Assembly (NCBI GenBank): GCA_023261505.1
Contig: JAHFOV010000004.1
Span: 1 to 63,752, forward strand
Length of the DNA stretch: 63,752 bases
DNA from: Planctomycetota bacterium
Lineage (GTDB): Bacteria > Planctomycetota > Brocadiia > Brocadiales > Bathyanammoxibiaceae
Direction: 5' to 3'
Part shown: in pieces, positions 1 to 9,269 of the stretch
Numbering within the stretch: position 1 is the first letter of the stretch
Layout: each line of letters begins with the position of its first letter
Program-made: the position numbers and the translations under genes
The notes under the pieces: model-generated
Seen by the model: only the letters and a program-made list of their open reading frames with translations
Told to the model about the DNA's origin: nothing
Databases searched by the model: none

Positions 1-358
1 TATTGACAACCACTCCCATATAGCCCACAACGTGATAATTGGTGATGACACCATGCTCATCGCCTATGCCAAGATTGCCGGCGGCGCAGTGATTGGCAAA
101 AATGTATTGATTGCTGAGGATGTAGGTATTACAGACCATGCCATTATTGGAGACGGCTGCGTAATTGGAGGGGGTTCAAATGTTTACAAGAGCCTGAAGC
201 CAGGGTCAGTAGTGTGGGGTTCCCCAGCCAAACCTATTATGGAAGAAAAGCGACTTCAATCCCTTCTAAAAAAGCTACCAACAATGCGAGAGACCTTGAA
301 AAAGTTAAGCAGGGTCTTGAAGGAAAAGGGTATATTAGGAGAGGAAGTGGAGAGTTAA
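1..358 (+). CDS. lpxD: LpxD-like hexapeptide-repeat N-acyltransferase, C-terminal part (runs off the 5' edge)
   Basis: Frame is open from base 2: IDNHSHIAHNVIIGDDTMLIAYAKIAG..., with hexapeptide repeats and the GSPAKP motif followed by a C-terminal helix. Confidence 0.85.
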   Translation, partial: IDNHSHIAHNVIIGDDTMLIAYAKIAGGAVIGKNVLIAEDVGITDHAIIGDGCVIGGGSNVYKSLKPGSVVWGSPAKPIMEEKRLQSLLKKLPTMRETLKKLSRVLKEKGILGEEVES

Positions 359-663
359 GCCATTCAATTCAGGCAACTTAAGGATGTGCACCATGGGCGA
401 AATAAGAATGCTATTAATGAAGCCATATAAAATTTACCCCCTTTAGTTTTTTGGGCATATTTAGTACACCCCCATAGCCCAAAATGTCTAAGAGCTAATT
501 GTGGTAATAGCTTCCTACGGCAAAGTATTCTTTAAAGCTACTTCTTTCTGCTCTCATATCTTAGGAAAGTATAGCAGTAAAGAAATGCATTTTAGATTGA
601 AACTAAACTCCAAAATATGTAGTCAATGCTGAGTTTGCTAACGACTTCAAGTCCGTTATTGCT

Positions 664-1797
664 TTATTTTCCCACAGCCACAGCTTCAAGGGCCTTCCTT
701 ACGGAGAAGCGTTTTTCTAGCTTGTTCATTTTCTCCACTATCCCACCGTACTCCAGTTCGTCGTATGGGAGCATGGCGGGGCCGGAGAAGCCTTGCCTTC
801 GTATCTCTGTGGCCTTTTGGGCCACGTTGTTCCTTACCCAATCCCAGTAGGGGTGGTCAAAGAGGTCGGCAGGCTCAGTGAGCTTTCCATTATGTACAGA
901 GAAGGCGGCGCAGGTCACAACCACAGGGCCGTCAAAATAAGATATAGTAGTGTTCAGTTTGCAAGGCATCATAGGACCGTTGTGGCTGCCCCTCATTGTA
1001 CCGGCACAATAATGGCCAATACTATAAGGGGAGAGGACCTCACCAGTGGCAGGAAAATTAGACTGTACCCTCACGAGCATCACAGGGTCATCCTTTCCTA
1101 CGTATCTCCCCGCGATGTTGTGGAGCCTGGTTGTACTAACCGCTGCCGCCTGGTCTCCCGTGGTTCTCGACCAGATAGACTCTACAACAAATCGAGAATT
1201 GTCCCTTAGAAGGGCGGCTATATCATACATTTCCTCAGGGGCGTTGAGTTCTATGACTCTATCCCCCGCTGTGTAGTTTACGTCCATGATGGCAAATTTG
1301 AACCCCTTGGCCAGAGAAGGGGCTAGCATAAGGCCGGGGCAGTGCATCGGGTCAACAAAAGACAGAAAGAGGGGAAGATTATAGGCTCCGGGTTCTGTCT
1401 TATCTGCGGCGAAGAACAGGAACGATTCATTGGGCCTCTCCTCAATCTCCATCTCCGCAGTAGAGGGTCCCAGCCCTTTTACGTTCCCTGAGAAGGCATC
1501 TTTAAGGAGGTCTTGTCCTGCACCATAGAGCCCCTGTTCCTTGGCCACCTGGGTACCTGTCTTGAAGGCATCCCAGGCCATACGATGTATTTCTTCATTT
1601 AGAGTACCCCTGGTATGGGTAGTGAGTATAGCAATATCATCTCCTGTTGAACTAATGTATGAATCAATTATTAGACCCTTCTTTTTTCCATTTGTTTCAA
1701 CGAAATCTTTTACTGACTGTAGTACCCTTGCACTGGGTTTGATATGTCCACCGATAGAGCCAATGTCAGCCTTTATTACGCTTAAAGTTATTTTCAT
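664..1797 (-). CDS. fbp: Bifunctional fructose-1,6-bisphosphate aldolase/phosphatase (class V FBPase)
   Basis: N-terminal SVIKADIGSIGGH, GDDIA, AADKTEPGAYN, Schiff-base region YVGKDDP and C-terminal ELEY. Confidence 0.95.
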   Translation of the reverse strand: MKITLSVIKADIGSIGGHIKPSARVLQSVKDFVETNGKKKGLIIDSYISSTGDDIAILTTHTRGTLNEEIHRMAWDAFKTGTQVAKEQGLYGAGQDLLKDAFSGNVKGLGPSTAEMEIEERPNESFLFFAADKTEPGAYNLPLFLSFVDPMHCPGLMLAPSLAKGFKFAIMDVNYTAGDRVIELNAPEEMYDIAALLRDNSRFVVESIWSRTTGDQAAAVSTTRLHNIAGRYVGKDDPVMLVRVQSNFPATGEVLSPYSIGHYCAGTMRGSHNGPMMPCKLNTTISYFDGPVVVTCAAFSVHNGKLTEPADLFDHPYWDWVRNNVAQKATEIRRQGFSGPAMLPYDELEYGGIVEKMNKLEKRFSVRKALEAVAVGK

Positions 1798-2053
1798 AAG
1801 ACTTCCCCTCTTTAGGCTTTAGTAGTTATTTGAGTTTTAAATTACGCTTTTCATTTTATATATTTCTTATTAAAAATCAAGATATAATTGTTCCAATGTT
1901 TTGTACAAAGAAAAAAATTGACAAAGCGATTTTATCGGTTAATCTACTGACAAGTTCTCTTTTTACTGACTAGACAAGGCAAACAAATTCGCATACCTTT
2001 CTAACAGAGGCAAGGCACAGTACCTAACCTACCTCTTTCCAAGATATACCTGG

Positions 2054-2896
2054 ATGATTAAGAAACAGACTGGCGAGACCAACTTTATAAAATTCCTTGG
2101 TACAGCTGGGGCTCGCTTTGTGGTGTCTACTCAGTTAAGGGCCTCCGGTGGGATATGGTTCTCACTGGACGGTGTTAATATCCTTGGAGACCCAGGGCCA
2201 GGATGTCTTGTCCGCTGTATAGCCAGCAGACCGAAGATGAATCCTGCAAGACTTAATGCTATAATGATAACCCACAGGCATCTGGACCATTGTGCCGATG
2301 TTAACATTATGATAGAGGCCATGACTGAGGGTGGAACAAAGAAGAGGGGTGTGCTCTTTGCACCCAGGCAGGCACTAGAGGAAGACCCAGTGGTCTTTCA
2401 GTATGTAAGGAAATTTCTGTCAAGACTGGAGATACTTAAAGAAGGAGGTACTTATTTCGTCGGGAGTCCGCCTAAGGCGGATGCCACTCAATTGGATGGT
2501 GTATCCTTTTCCACCCCCATAAGGCACCAGCATCCAGTGGAGACCTACGGGGTAAATTTTAAGACCCCCCTGGTGACTATCTCTTGGGTGGTAGATACGG
2601 CTTTCTTTCCCGAACTGTTAAAACTATACAAAGGAGAAGTATTGATACTCCACTCTGTTAGATACAAGGATGAAAATGATAAAGAAAAAGGCATTTATCA
2701 TCTCAATCTAGATGACGTAAAGACTATCGTCAATGAGCTTAGGCCCAAAGTCACCTTCCTTACCCATTTTGGCATGAAGATGCTAAAGGCTAAGCCCCAC
2801 GAACTAGCAAGGGAGCTTTCGGAAGAAACGGGGTGCCGGGTAATTGCTGCAAGTGATGGAATGAAGTTTGATTTAACCAACCTTAGCGAGGCTTAA
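2054..2896 (+). CDS. MBL-fold metallo-hydrolase (PhnP/RNase Z-like)
   Basis: FLGTAG, DPGPG, THRHLDHCAD (HxHxDH) and later H, D and THFG metal ligands. Confidence 0.9.
   Translation: MIKKQTGETNFIKFLGTAGARFVVSTQLRASGGIWFSLDGVNILGDPGPGCLVRCIASRPKMNPARLNAIMITHRHLDHCADVNIMIEAMTEGGTKKRGVLFAPRQALEEDPVVFQYVRKFLSRLEILKEGGTYFVGSPPKADATQLDGVSFSTPIRHQHPVETYGVNFKTPLVTISWVVDTAFFPELLKLYKGEVLILHSVRYKDENDKEKGIYHLNLDDVKTIVNELRPKVTFLTHFGMKMLKAKPHELARELSEETGCRVIAASDGMKFDLTNLSEA
2467..2481. repeat. TCCGCC-N3-GGCGGA micro-palindrome family (this copy in frame in the MBL gene)
   Basis: Further copies at 20367, 22044, 34905, 41013, 56160 and 60483. Confidence 0.8.
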
Positions 2897-2904
2897 AATT
2901 TAAG

Positions 2905-5196
2905 ATGAATATCCTTCATGTCATGCTCAAAGCAGATTCCTTGTGGCTAACATTTTTTGCAGTTGCCGCACCAGGGAAAGGGGGACTCCTTAACCATTTT
3001 TTCCCTCATATCACTATCCCTCCTATTCTGAGACCCTTAATTAGCTTTGCAAAGGCACACCCGGGTTACCTGGTGGCTTTTCTCTTGTTAATGGCCCTGG
3101 GCATCCTTATCGGTATAATCATCGGCGTAAAAAAGGGGAGGGAAAAGAGATTAAGGCATCTGGCCCTCTTTAAGCCTGTGGCTAAAATAGCCGCTTCTGA
3201 CCTGGGTATTAAAAATTATCTGGGCAAAGGGTCATATTTAAGAAGACAAAGCGATGAGGCCCTGACAAATCTTTTAGAGGAAGGGGCATCAGCCGTTCTA
3301 ATTTTAGGAAGGCCCGGTTCGGGAAAGACACGTACTGTTTTTGAGGCGCTAAGGGCAAAGGAAGACCATTACCTGCTGGCCCCAAAACCCAGACTGACTT
3401 CTTTGAAGGAACTCACAGTACCAGGCTTGTCTAAGAAGAAGCTAATCTTATTCCTTGACGACCTTTACAGGTATGTGAATAAGACAGACGTGGTTGGATT
3501 ATTCAGACAACTAGAAGGCAGGGCCAAGGGGTTTGTGTTCATTGCCACTTGCGCACCTGACAAGCTACCCTTCCTGGAAAAAGAGGCGCCTGAATTCCTT
3601 AGGCTCTTCAAGGCAAAAAAACGTATTTTTCTGAGAGACCTTTCACCTGCAGAACAAAAGTTCTTTATAGAGGTCCTGGGCTTTAATGAACAAATTTTTG
3701 CAACTAGCTTAACGCCAGCCTATTTCGCCCTTAATTTGGCCAACATGAAAGAGCGCTATAAGGGCTCTGAAAATATAAGGGCGATTATTCATTCCTTGTT
3801 CCTCCTGCACAAGGCTTTTATATTTCACTGTGAAGAGTCCCTGGTAAAAGAAGCCTGTGAACAGGTCCTTGGAAAGCACTTCTCCCGTTCACAGTGGAGA
3901 GATGCCTTAAGAGATTTAGAAGCAATGAGTCTTACAGTGAAAGTCGACAGTACTCTTGAGTCTTACGAGAGGTATATGGATGAGGCTTTTGTAGATGACT
4001 ATACACCAAGTGAAAGGGATATTGATACCTTACAGGATGCGATTCTCAAATCAAAGGATGGCGAGGCATTGTTTGGATTGGGCACATACCGCATTACTAA
4101 TGGGCAGTGGGAAAAGGCCCTGCCAGTCCTGGAAAGGGCCATTGAAGTAAATCCTCATTCTAGTGAAGCACGTTATTCATTGGGTAAGGCCTATGAGCAT
4201 ATGGGAATGATGGAAAGGGCACTGGAGGCTTATAAACACGTTGTAAAGCTTGACAGCCATAACCCCGCAGCGCACTATGCCCTTGGCACTATCTATAATG
4301 AGATGTATATGGTAAAGGAGGCAGTAGAGGCCTTCAAGCATACTATACTACTAGACCCTTATCACTCTCGTGCCTATTTTCAGTTGGCCATGGCCTATGA
4401 AAAGGCAGGTATGATTGAAGAATGTCTGACAATGCTAAGGCAGGTCACACGGCTTGACCCCGATTTTTCAGAGGCCCGTCGTTATCTGGCGAATCTCTAT
4501 CAGAAGAGGGGACAGTATGGAGAGGCCCTACAGGAGTATAGAGAACTGGTCAGGATAAACCCCGATGATGAGGAGGCCCATCTCGTACTTGCTACGGCCT
4601 TCAATAAAATCGGTAGGGTAAACGAGGCTATGAACGAATTAAAGGAACTCATAAGGATAAACCCGGCCAACCTTAAGGCCCATTCTACCCTGGCCCTGGC
4701 CTATTACAGGAAAGGCATGCTGGAAGAGGCGATCAAGGGATTTAAAGACGTACTCATACTTAATCCTGATGACCTTGCTGCCCGCTCTAATCTGGCACTT
4801 GCCTACTTAAAAAGGAACCTTTTAGACGAGGCCGTGGAGGAATATAGAGAGATTCTCATCCGTAAACCTGAGGATGTGGCAGCCCGTTTCAACATTGCCC
4901 AGGCCTATGAAAAGCAGGATAGAAAGGAGGAGGCCGTGGAAGGGTACAAAGAGGTGCTTAAGCACAACCCTGAACATGCGGAGGCCCACTATCGTTTGGC
5001 CATAATCAATTTAAAGGATGGATTATTGGAGGAGGCCCTAAAGGAACTCAAAGAGGTTGTAAGGCTAAGGCCAACCCATGCAATGGCACATGGTCAGCTT
5101 GCCATGATTTACCAGAAAGCAGGTCTTTTAGCAGAGGCAAGGAAGGAATACAGATCATACGAACGACTCAGGCCCGCTAAGACGAAGGGCTCTTGA
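2905..5196 (+). CDS. Membrane-anchored P-loop (STAND-like) NTPase with 11 C-terminal TPRs
   Basis: N-terminal hydrophobic segment(s), Walker A GRPGSGKT, Walker B LILFLDD, then 11 regular 34-aa TPR units. Confidence 0.8.
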   Translation: MNILHVMLKADSLWLTFFAVAAPGKGGLLNHFFPHITIPPILRPLISFAKAHPGYLVAFLLLMALGILIGIIIGVKKGREKRLRHLALFKPVAKIAASDLGIKNYLGKGSYLRRQSDEALTNLLEEGASAVLILGRPGSGKTRTVFEALRAKEDHYLLAPKPRLTSLKELTVPGLSKKKLILFLDDLYRYVNKTDVVGLFRQLEGRAKGFVFIATCAPDKLPFLEKEAPEFLRLFKAKKRIFLRDLSPAEQKFFIEVLGFNEQIFATSLTPAYFALNLANMKERYKGSENIRAIIHSLFLLHKAFIFHCEESLVKEACEQVLGKHFSRSQWRDALRDLEAMSLTVKVDSTLESYERYMDEAFVDDYTPSERDIDTLQDAILKSKDGEALFGLGTYRITNGQWEKALPVLERAIEVNPHSSEARYSLGKAYEHMGMMERALEAYKHVVKLDSHNPAAHYALGTIYNEMYMVKEAVEAFKHTILLDPYHSRAYFQLAMAYEKAGMIEECLTMLRQVTRLDPDFSEARRYLANLYQKRGQYGEALQEYRELVRINPDDEEAHLVLATAFNKIGRVNEAMNELKELIRINPANLKAHSTLALAYYRKGMLEEAIKGFKDVLILNPDDLAARSNLALAYLKRNLLDEAVEEYREILIRKPEDVAARFNIAQAYEKQDRKEEAVEGYKEVLKHNPEHAEAHYRLAIINLKDGLLEEALKELKEVVRLRPTHAMAHGQLAMIYQKAGLLAEARKEYRSYERLRPAKTKGS

Positions 5197-5262
5197 ATTC
5201 CAAATTAGAAATTTCAAATTTCAAATTAAAAATATATTTGCGATAATTTACTGCTGAACTTC

Positions 5263-5616
5263 ATGTTAAGAGGCATAACGTATATCCTCAGAAAGCTGGA
5301 CGAAGGCTGGGGGAAGCTAAGAAGGTTCTACCTGGTTCACTATAGAGGGGATTACGTCCAGAGGCAGCTGCTGCTAAGGAAAGGCGAGTGCCGGCGGTGC
5401 GGTAGTTGCTGCCGTATCATGTTCAGATGTCCGCATCTTAAGGGGGAAAATCAGTGCGATATATACACCTGCCGATATAAGCAGTGCATCGCCTTTCCTA
5501 TAGACAACCGCGACCTCAAATACCTTCGCCATACCTGTGGTCATTATTTTGTAAGTCCACGAGGTGGCAGGACCACCGCCATCATAGAGGTAGAAAGGAT
5601 TGAAGTTGTGAAATGA
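5263..5616 (+). CDS. YkgJ-like cysteine-cluster (Zn/Fe-S) protein
   Basis: CRRCGSCC...CPHL...CDIY..R...CIAFP...C pattern. Confidence 0.65.
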   Translation: MLRGITYILRKLDEGWGKLRRFYLVHYRGDYVQRQLLLRKGECRRCGSCCRIMFRCPHLKGENQCDIYTCRYKQCIAFPIDNRDLKYLRHTCGHYFVSPRGGRTTAIIEVERIEVVK

Positions 5617-6278
5617 GACTCCCCATTTCCAGATATGGCCTGAGAGAGGTATCCCTTTTCACTTTTATCTTATCCCTGCTATTTTTATTATCTTTCTTTC
5701 TTCTTCCCTCTACATTTCTAAAAATAGTAAGCCCACTGTTCCTCTTAGCCGCTGCCTTTGTCTTTTACTTCTTTCGTGACCCAGAAAGGCCAATCCTAAA
5801 AGATGAAAAGAAACTCCTTTCCCCCGCCGATGGCAGGGTAATGGAAATAGCCTCAGTAGAGGAAAAGGAATTTCTCCACAAAGAAGCCACTAAAATTGGC
5901 ATCTTCATGTCTCTATTTGATGTCCATGTGAACCGCCTGCCCTGCAGCGGCAGGGTGGAGTACCTTAAACACCTGAACGGGCGCTTTCACGATGCCCGCA
6001 CGAAGGAGGCCTCAGCAGAAAACGAATGCAGTTTTATAGGTTTGGTAATGAACGGGGGCAGGCGACTCCTTATAAAACAGGTGGCTGGTATAATTGCCCG
6101 GCGTATTGTTTGTACCTTATCCACCGGTGACTATTTGGAACAGGGACAGCGGTTCGGCATGATAAAATTCGGCTCAAGGGTAGAAGTTTTTATCCCTAAA
6201 GAAATACCATGCAGGGTACTAGTGAAAGAAGGACAAAAGGTGAAGGCCGGGCTAACCATACTGGCAGAGGTAGATTAA
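5613..6278 (+). CDS. psd: Phosphatidylserine decarboxylase proenzyme
   Basis: FFRDPER, SPADG, IFMSLFDVHVNR and the autocleavage motif KFGSRV. Confidence 0.93.
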   Translation: MRLPISRYGLREVSLFTFILSLLFLLSFFLLPSTFLKIVSPLFLLAAAFVFYFFRDPERPILKDEKKLLSPADGRVMEIASVEEKEFLHKEATKIGIFMSLFDVHVNRLPCSGRVEYLKHLNGRFHDARTKEASAENECSFIGLVMNGGRRLLIKQVAGIIARRIVCTLSTGDYLEQGQRFGMIKFGSRVEVFIPKEIPCRVLVKEGQKVKAGLTILAEVD

Positions 6279-6303
6279 AACTTGTAATGAGAGGAGCGAA
6301 TCC

Positions 6304-7065
6304 ATGAGACTGGCTGACAAGGTAGCCCTCATTACAGGAGGTGGGACAGGCATAGGAAGGGCAATAGCCCGAGTTTTTTTTGAACAGGGGGCCAGGGTGG
6401 CTATTACCGGTAGAAGAAAAGAGCCGTTGGAGGAAACCCTCTCTATGCTTAACCCTAAGGGTAAAAAGGCTATCCTCATCCAAGGGGATGTCTCCCAATC
6501 AAAGGATGCCAGTAGGATGATAGAGGAGACAATCAAGACCTTCGGGAGGTTAAACATCCTGGTCAATAATGCAGGTGTAGTGTATAAGGACGGCGGTATT
6601 ATGGAGTGCCAGGAGGAAGGCTGGGATGTTACCATGGACATTAATGTTAAGGGTATTTACCTCATGAGTAAGTTCTCGATGCCGGAACTGTTGAAGTCAG
6701 AAGGTAACATCATAAATATCGCCTCTATCTTTGGGGTGTTAGGCTGTCCCTGGAATATAGCCTACGGTGCCTCCAAGGGGGCAGTGGTCAACCTGACCAG
6801 GAGCATGGCCCTGGATTTGGCCTCAAGAAAGGTAAGGGTAAACTGCATCTGCCCTGGGTTAATAGACACTCCCATGTATCAGGGTGCGGTCAAGAAGATA
6901 GGAGACCCCAAGGAGGTAGAAAGAAAGGTTCTGAAGAACTATACCCTCTCTGGGGTAGGCAGACCTGAGGATATTGCCTACGCCGCCCTTTACCTGGCCT
7001 CTGACGAGGCGCGCTGGGTTACAGGTGTGGTTCTGCCTGTGGACGGAGGATTTACGGCGAGATAA
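6304..7065 (+). CDS. SDR family oxidoreductase
   Basis: TGGGTGIG, NNAG, YGASK and VNCICPG. Confidence 0.93.
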   Translation: MRLADKVALITGGGTGIGRAIARVFFEQGARVAITGRRKEPLEETLSMLNPKGKKAILIQGDVSQSKDASRMIEETIKTFGRLNILVNNAGVVYKDGGIMECQEEGWDVTMDINVKGIYLMSKFSMPELLKSEGNIINIASIFGVLGCPWNIAYGASKGAVVNLTRSMALDLASRKVRVNCICPGLIDTPMYQGAVKKIGDPKEVERKVLKNYTLSGVGRPEDIAYAALYLASDEARWVTGVVLPVDGGFTAR

Positions 7066-7145
7066 AGATAGACCCTAGACCTTAGACTATAGACTGAAAA
7101 ATCCAAAGTCCATAGTCTAAAGTCCATAGTCCAAAGTCTAAAAAG

Positions 7146-7820
7146 ATGTTTACTGGCATAATAGAGCATCTAGGAACAGTCAAGGAACTTAGAAGGGCCG
7201 AGGAGGGGAGCCGACTTGTCCTGGACTTGGGATCTATGGCCAAGGAGGTTAAGCCTGGGGAAAGTATCTCCGTCGAGGGGGTATGCCTTACAGTAACAGA
7301 TATAAAAGGAGAGCAAGCCAGCTTTGACGTCTCCCAGGAGACCCTAAAACGCTCCATGCTCGGAGAGTTAAAGCCTGGACAGAAGGTAAATATAGAAAGG
7401 TCCCTCAGGGTTGGCGACCGCATGGGGGGACATTTTGTGCAGGGACATGTGGACGGTACAGGCATTATCCAGAAAAAGGAGGAACATCCAGGGCAAGTCA
7501 CCATGTGGTTTACAGTACCCAAGGAATTGGCGGAAAATATGATTGAGAAGGGTTCTGTAGCGATAGATGGCATTAGCCTTACAGTAGTGGAGGTGAAGGA
7601 GATGCCAGGCGGTGCTACCGCCTTTTCTGTAGCCCTCATCCCCTTCACCCTGGCCAACACTACCCTGGGACTTAAAAAAGTGGATGACAGGGTTAATATT
7701 GAGACAGATATCCTGGGTAAGTGGGTAAAGAAACTTTATGGCGCTATGCTAAAGGAAAAGGGCGGTCCTGCACAAGGTGAAATAACAATGGAATATCTAA
7801 GGTCTAAAGGGTTTGAATAA
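7146..7820 (+). CDS. ribE: Riboflavin synthase (alpha)
   Basis: MFTGIIE start, GGHFVQGHVDG, KGSVAIDGISLTV and VNIETD. Confidence 0.96.
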   Translation: MFTGIIEHLGTVKELRRAEEGSRLVLDLGSMAKEVKPGESISVEGVCLTVTDIKGEQASFDVSQETLKRSMLGELKPGQKVNIERSLRVGDRMGGHFVQGHVDGTGIIQKKEEHPGQVTMWFTVPKELAENMIEKGSVAIDGISLTVVEVKEMPGGATAFSVALIPFTLANTTLGLKKVDDRVNIETDILGKWVKKLYGAMLKEKGGPAQGEITMEYLRSKGFE

Positions 7821-7904
7821 GTTTTTTGCCATACATGTTTATACTCCAATATTTCTAAAATGAGTAAGGCCATTTTATAACCATGAAAAGATGGAAGAAG
7901 AGAT

Positions 7905-9116
7905 ATGATTACAAAAAGTATCGATCAAATTACTGAAGAAGATTTGCAAGCCTTAATAGATAATTCAGTAGCAGAAGGTAAAAAAATAGAGTACAAGGAA
8001 AAGTTGCCAGAAAATACGGGTGAGGACAAAAAAGAATTTCTGGCCGACATTTCATCTTTTGCAAATGCAAGCGGTGGCGATTTAATATATGGAATTGTTG
8101 AGGATAGGAAAACAGGAACTCCTAAAACATTAGAAGGTTTGCCTATTGAAAATGCAGATAAAACAATTCTTAGGCTTGATAGCATGATAAGAGATGGGAT
8201 TGAGCCAAGAATATTGGGCATAGGCATTCATCCTGTTAAACTTTCAAATTCAAAAGTTGCTTTAATAATCAGAGTGCCCCAAAGCTGGGCGAAACCTCAC
8301 TGTGTAACTTTTCAAGACCATAACAAGTTTTATTCAAGAGGTGCAAAAGGAAAGTATCTAATGGATGTTGCCGAATTGCGGGTCGCTTTTAATTTATCGG
8401 AAACAATAACGGAAAGAATCAGAACATTCAGGGAAGATAGAATATCACAAATATTTTCTAATGAAACCCCAGTACCCTTTGATTATGCAGCCAAGATAGT
8501 CCTTCACTTAATACCACTCATCTCATTTAATCCTGCTCAAAGATATGACATAGATAAAATAGCCTCCGATCCATTGAAAGGACTGTTACCGATATATTCA
8601 AGCTCCCATATGAGTAGATATAACCTTGATGGGTTCCTAACTTATAGCAGTGCTGTAACACCTAGCGACACACAAAGAACATGTTCTTATGTGCAACTTT
8701 TTAGGAATGGCATTATTGAGGCTGTAGAAGGAGACTTACTCGATCCTTCCTATAAGGGTAATAAGTTGGAAATTCCTATTGAGTATGAAAAAGAGTTGAT
8801 TGAATCGTTTGACATGTATCTTAACGTTCTTAAACTGCTAGAGGTTGAGCCGCCGGTCTTAATCTTTTTGGCCTTACTTGGCGTCAAAGGATACATAATG
8901 ACTGTACCTCAACAACATACCGGACATTACGTTTCCCGCAGAGATCCTCGTGCCACACCTATTGACAGAGATGTTTTGTTATTACCTGAGGTTATGATTG
9001 AAAGGTACGATCTGCCGGCTGAGAGTATTTTAAAGCCCTGCTTTGATTCCGTGGCGAATGCGTGCGGGCTCCCCGGTTCGCTCAATTACGACAAGGCAGG
9101 AAAATGGGTGGGTTAG
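7905..9116 (+). CDS. AlbA_2/Schlafen-like domain protein
   Basis: EGKKIEYK...DISSFANASGGDLIYGI...D motif; visibly AT-richer than its neighbours. Confidence 0.85.
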   Translation: MITKSIDQITEEDLQALIDNSVAEGKKIEYKEKLPENTGEDKKEFLADISSFANASGGDLIYGIVEDRKTGTPKTLEGLPIENADKTILRLDSMIRDGIEPRILGIGIHPVKLSNSKVALIIRVPQSWAKPHCVTFQDHNKFYSRGAKGKYLMDVAELRVAFNLSETITERIRTFREDRISQIFSNETPVPFDYAAKIVLHLIPLISFNPAQRYDIDKIASDPLKGLLPIYSSSHMSRYNLDGFLTYSSAVTPSDTQRTCSYVQLFRNGIIEAVEGDLLDPSYKGNKLEIPIEYEKELIESFDMYLNVLKLLEVEPPVLIFLALLGVKGYIMTVPQQHTGHYVSRRDPRATPIDRDVLLLPEVMIERYDLPAESILKPCFDSVANACGLPGSLNYDKAGKWVG

Positions 9117-9226
9117 AGACCTCTGAAAAAATTTCTTTTATGGAGTCCAGCGACATAGTCGCTGGTAAAAAAGCCATTGATATAGTCAATGGACTCCAAA
9201 AATTCGGGTTTTTCAGAGCTCTCTAA
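9113..9226. mobile_element. MITE-like 114-bp element with IS5/IS1182-style terminal inverted repeats and nested internal hairpins
   Basis: TTAGAGACCTCTGAAAAA ... TTTTTCAGAGCTCTCTAA (18 bp, 1 mismatch); internal TGGAGTCCA/TGGACTCCA and two 7-bp stems; no ORF. Confidence 0.6.
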
Positions 9227-9269
9227 TAAAAACTGAAAGTAATAAGTTGACAGGCTTAAAGTCCTTAGA

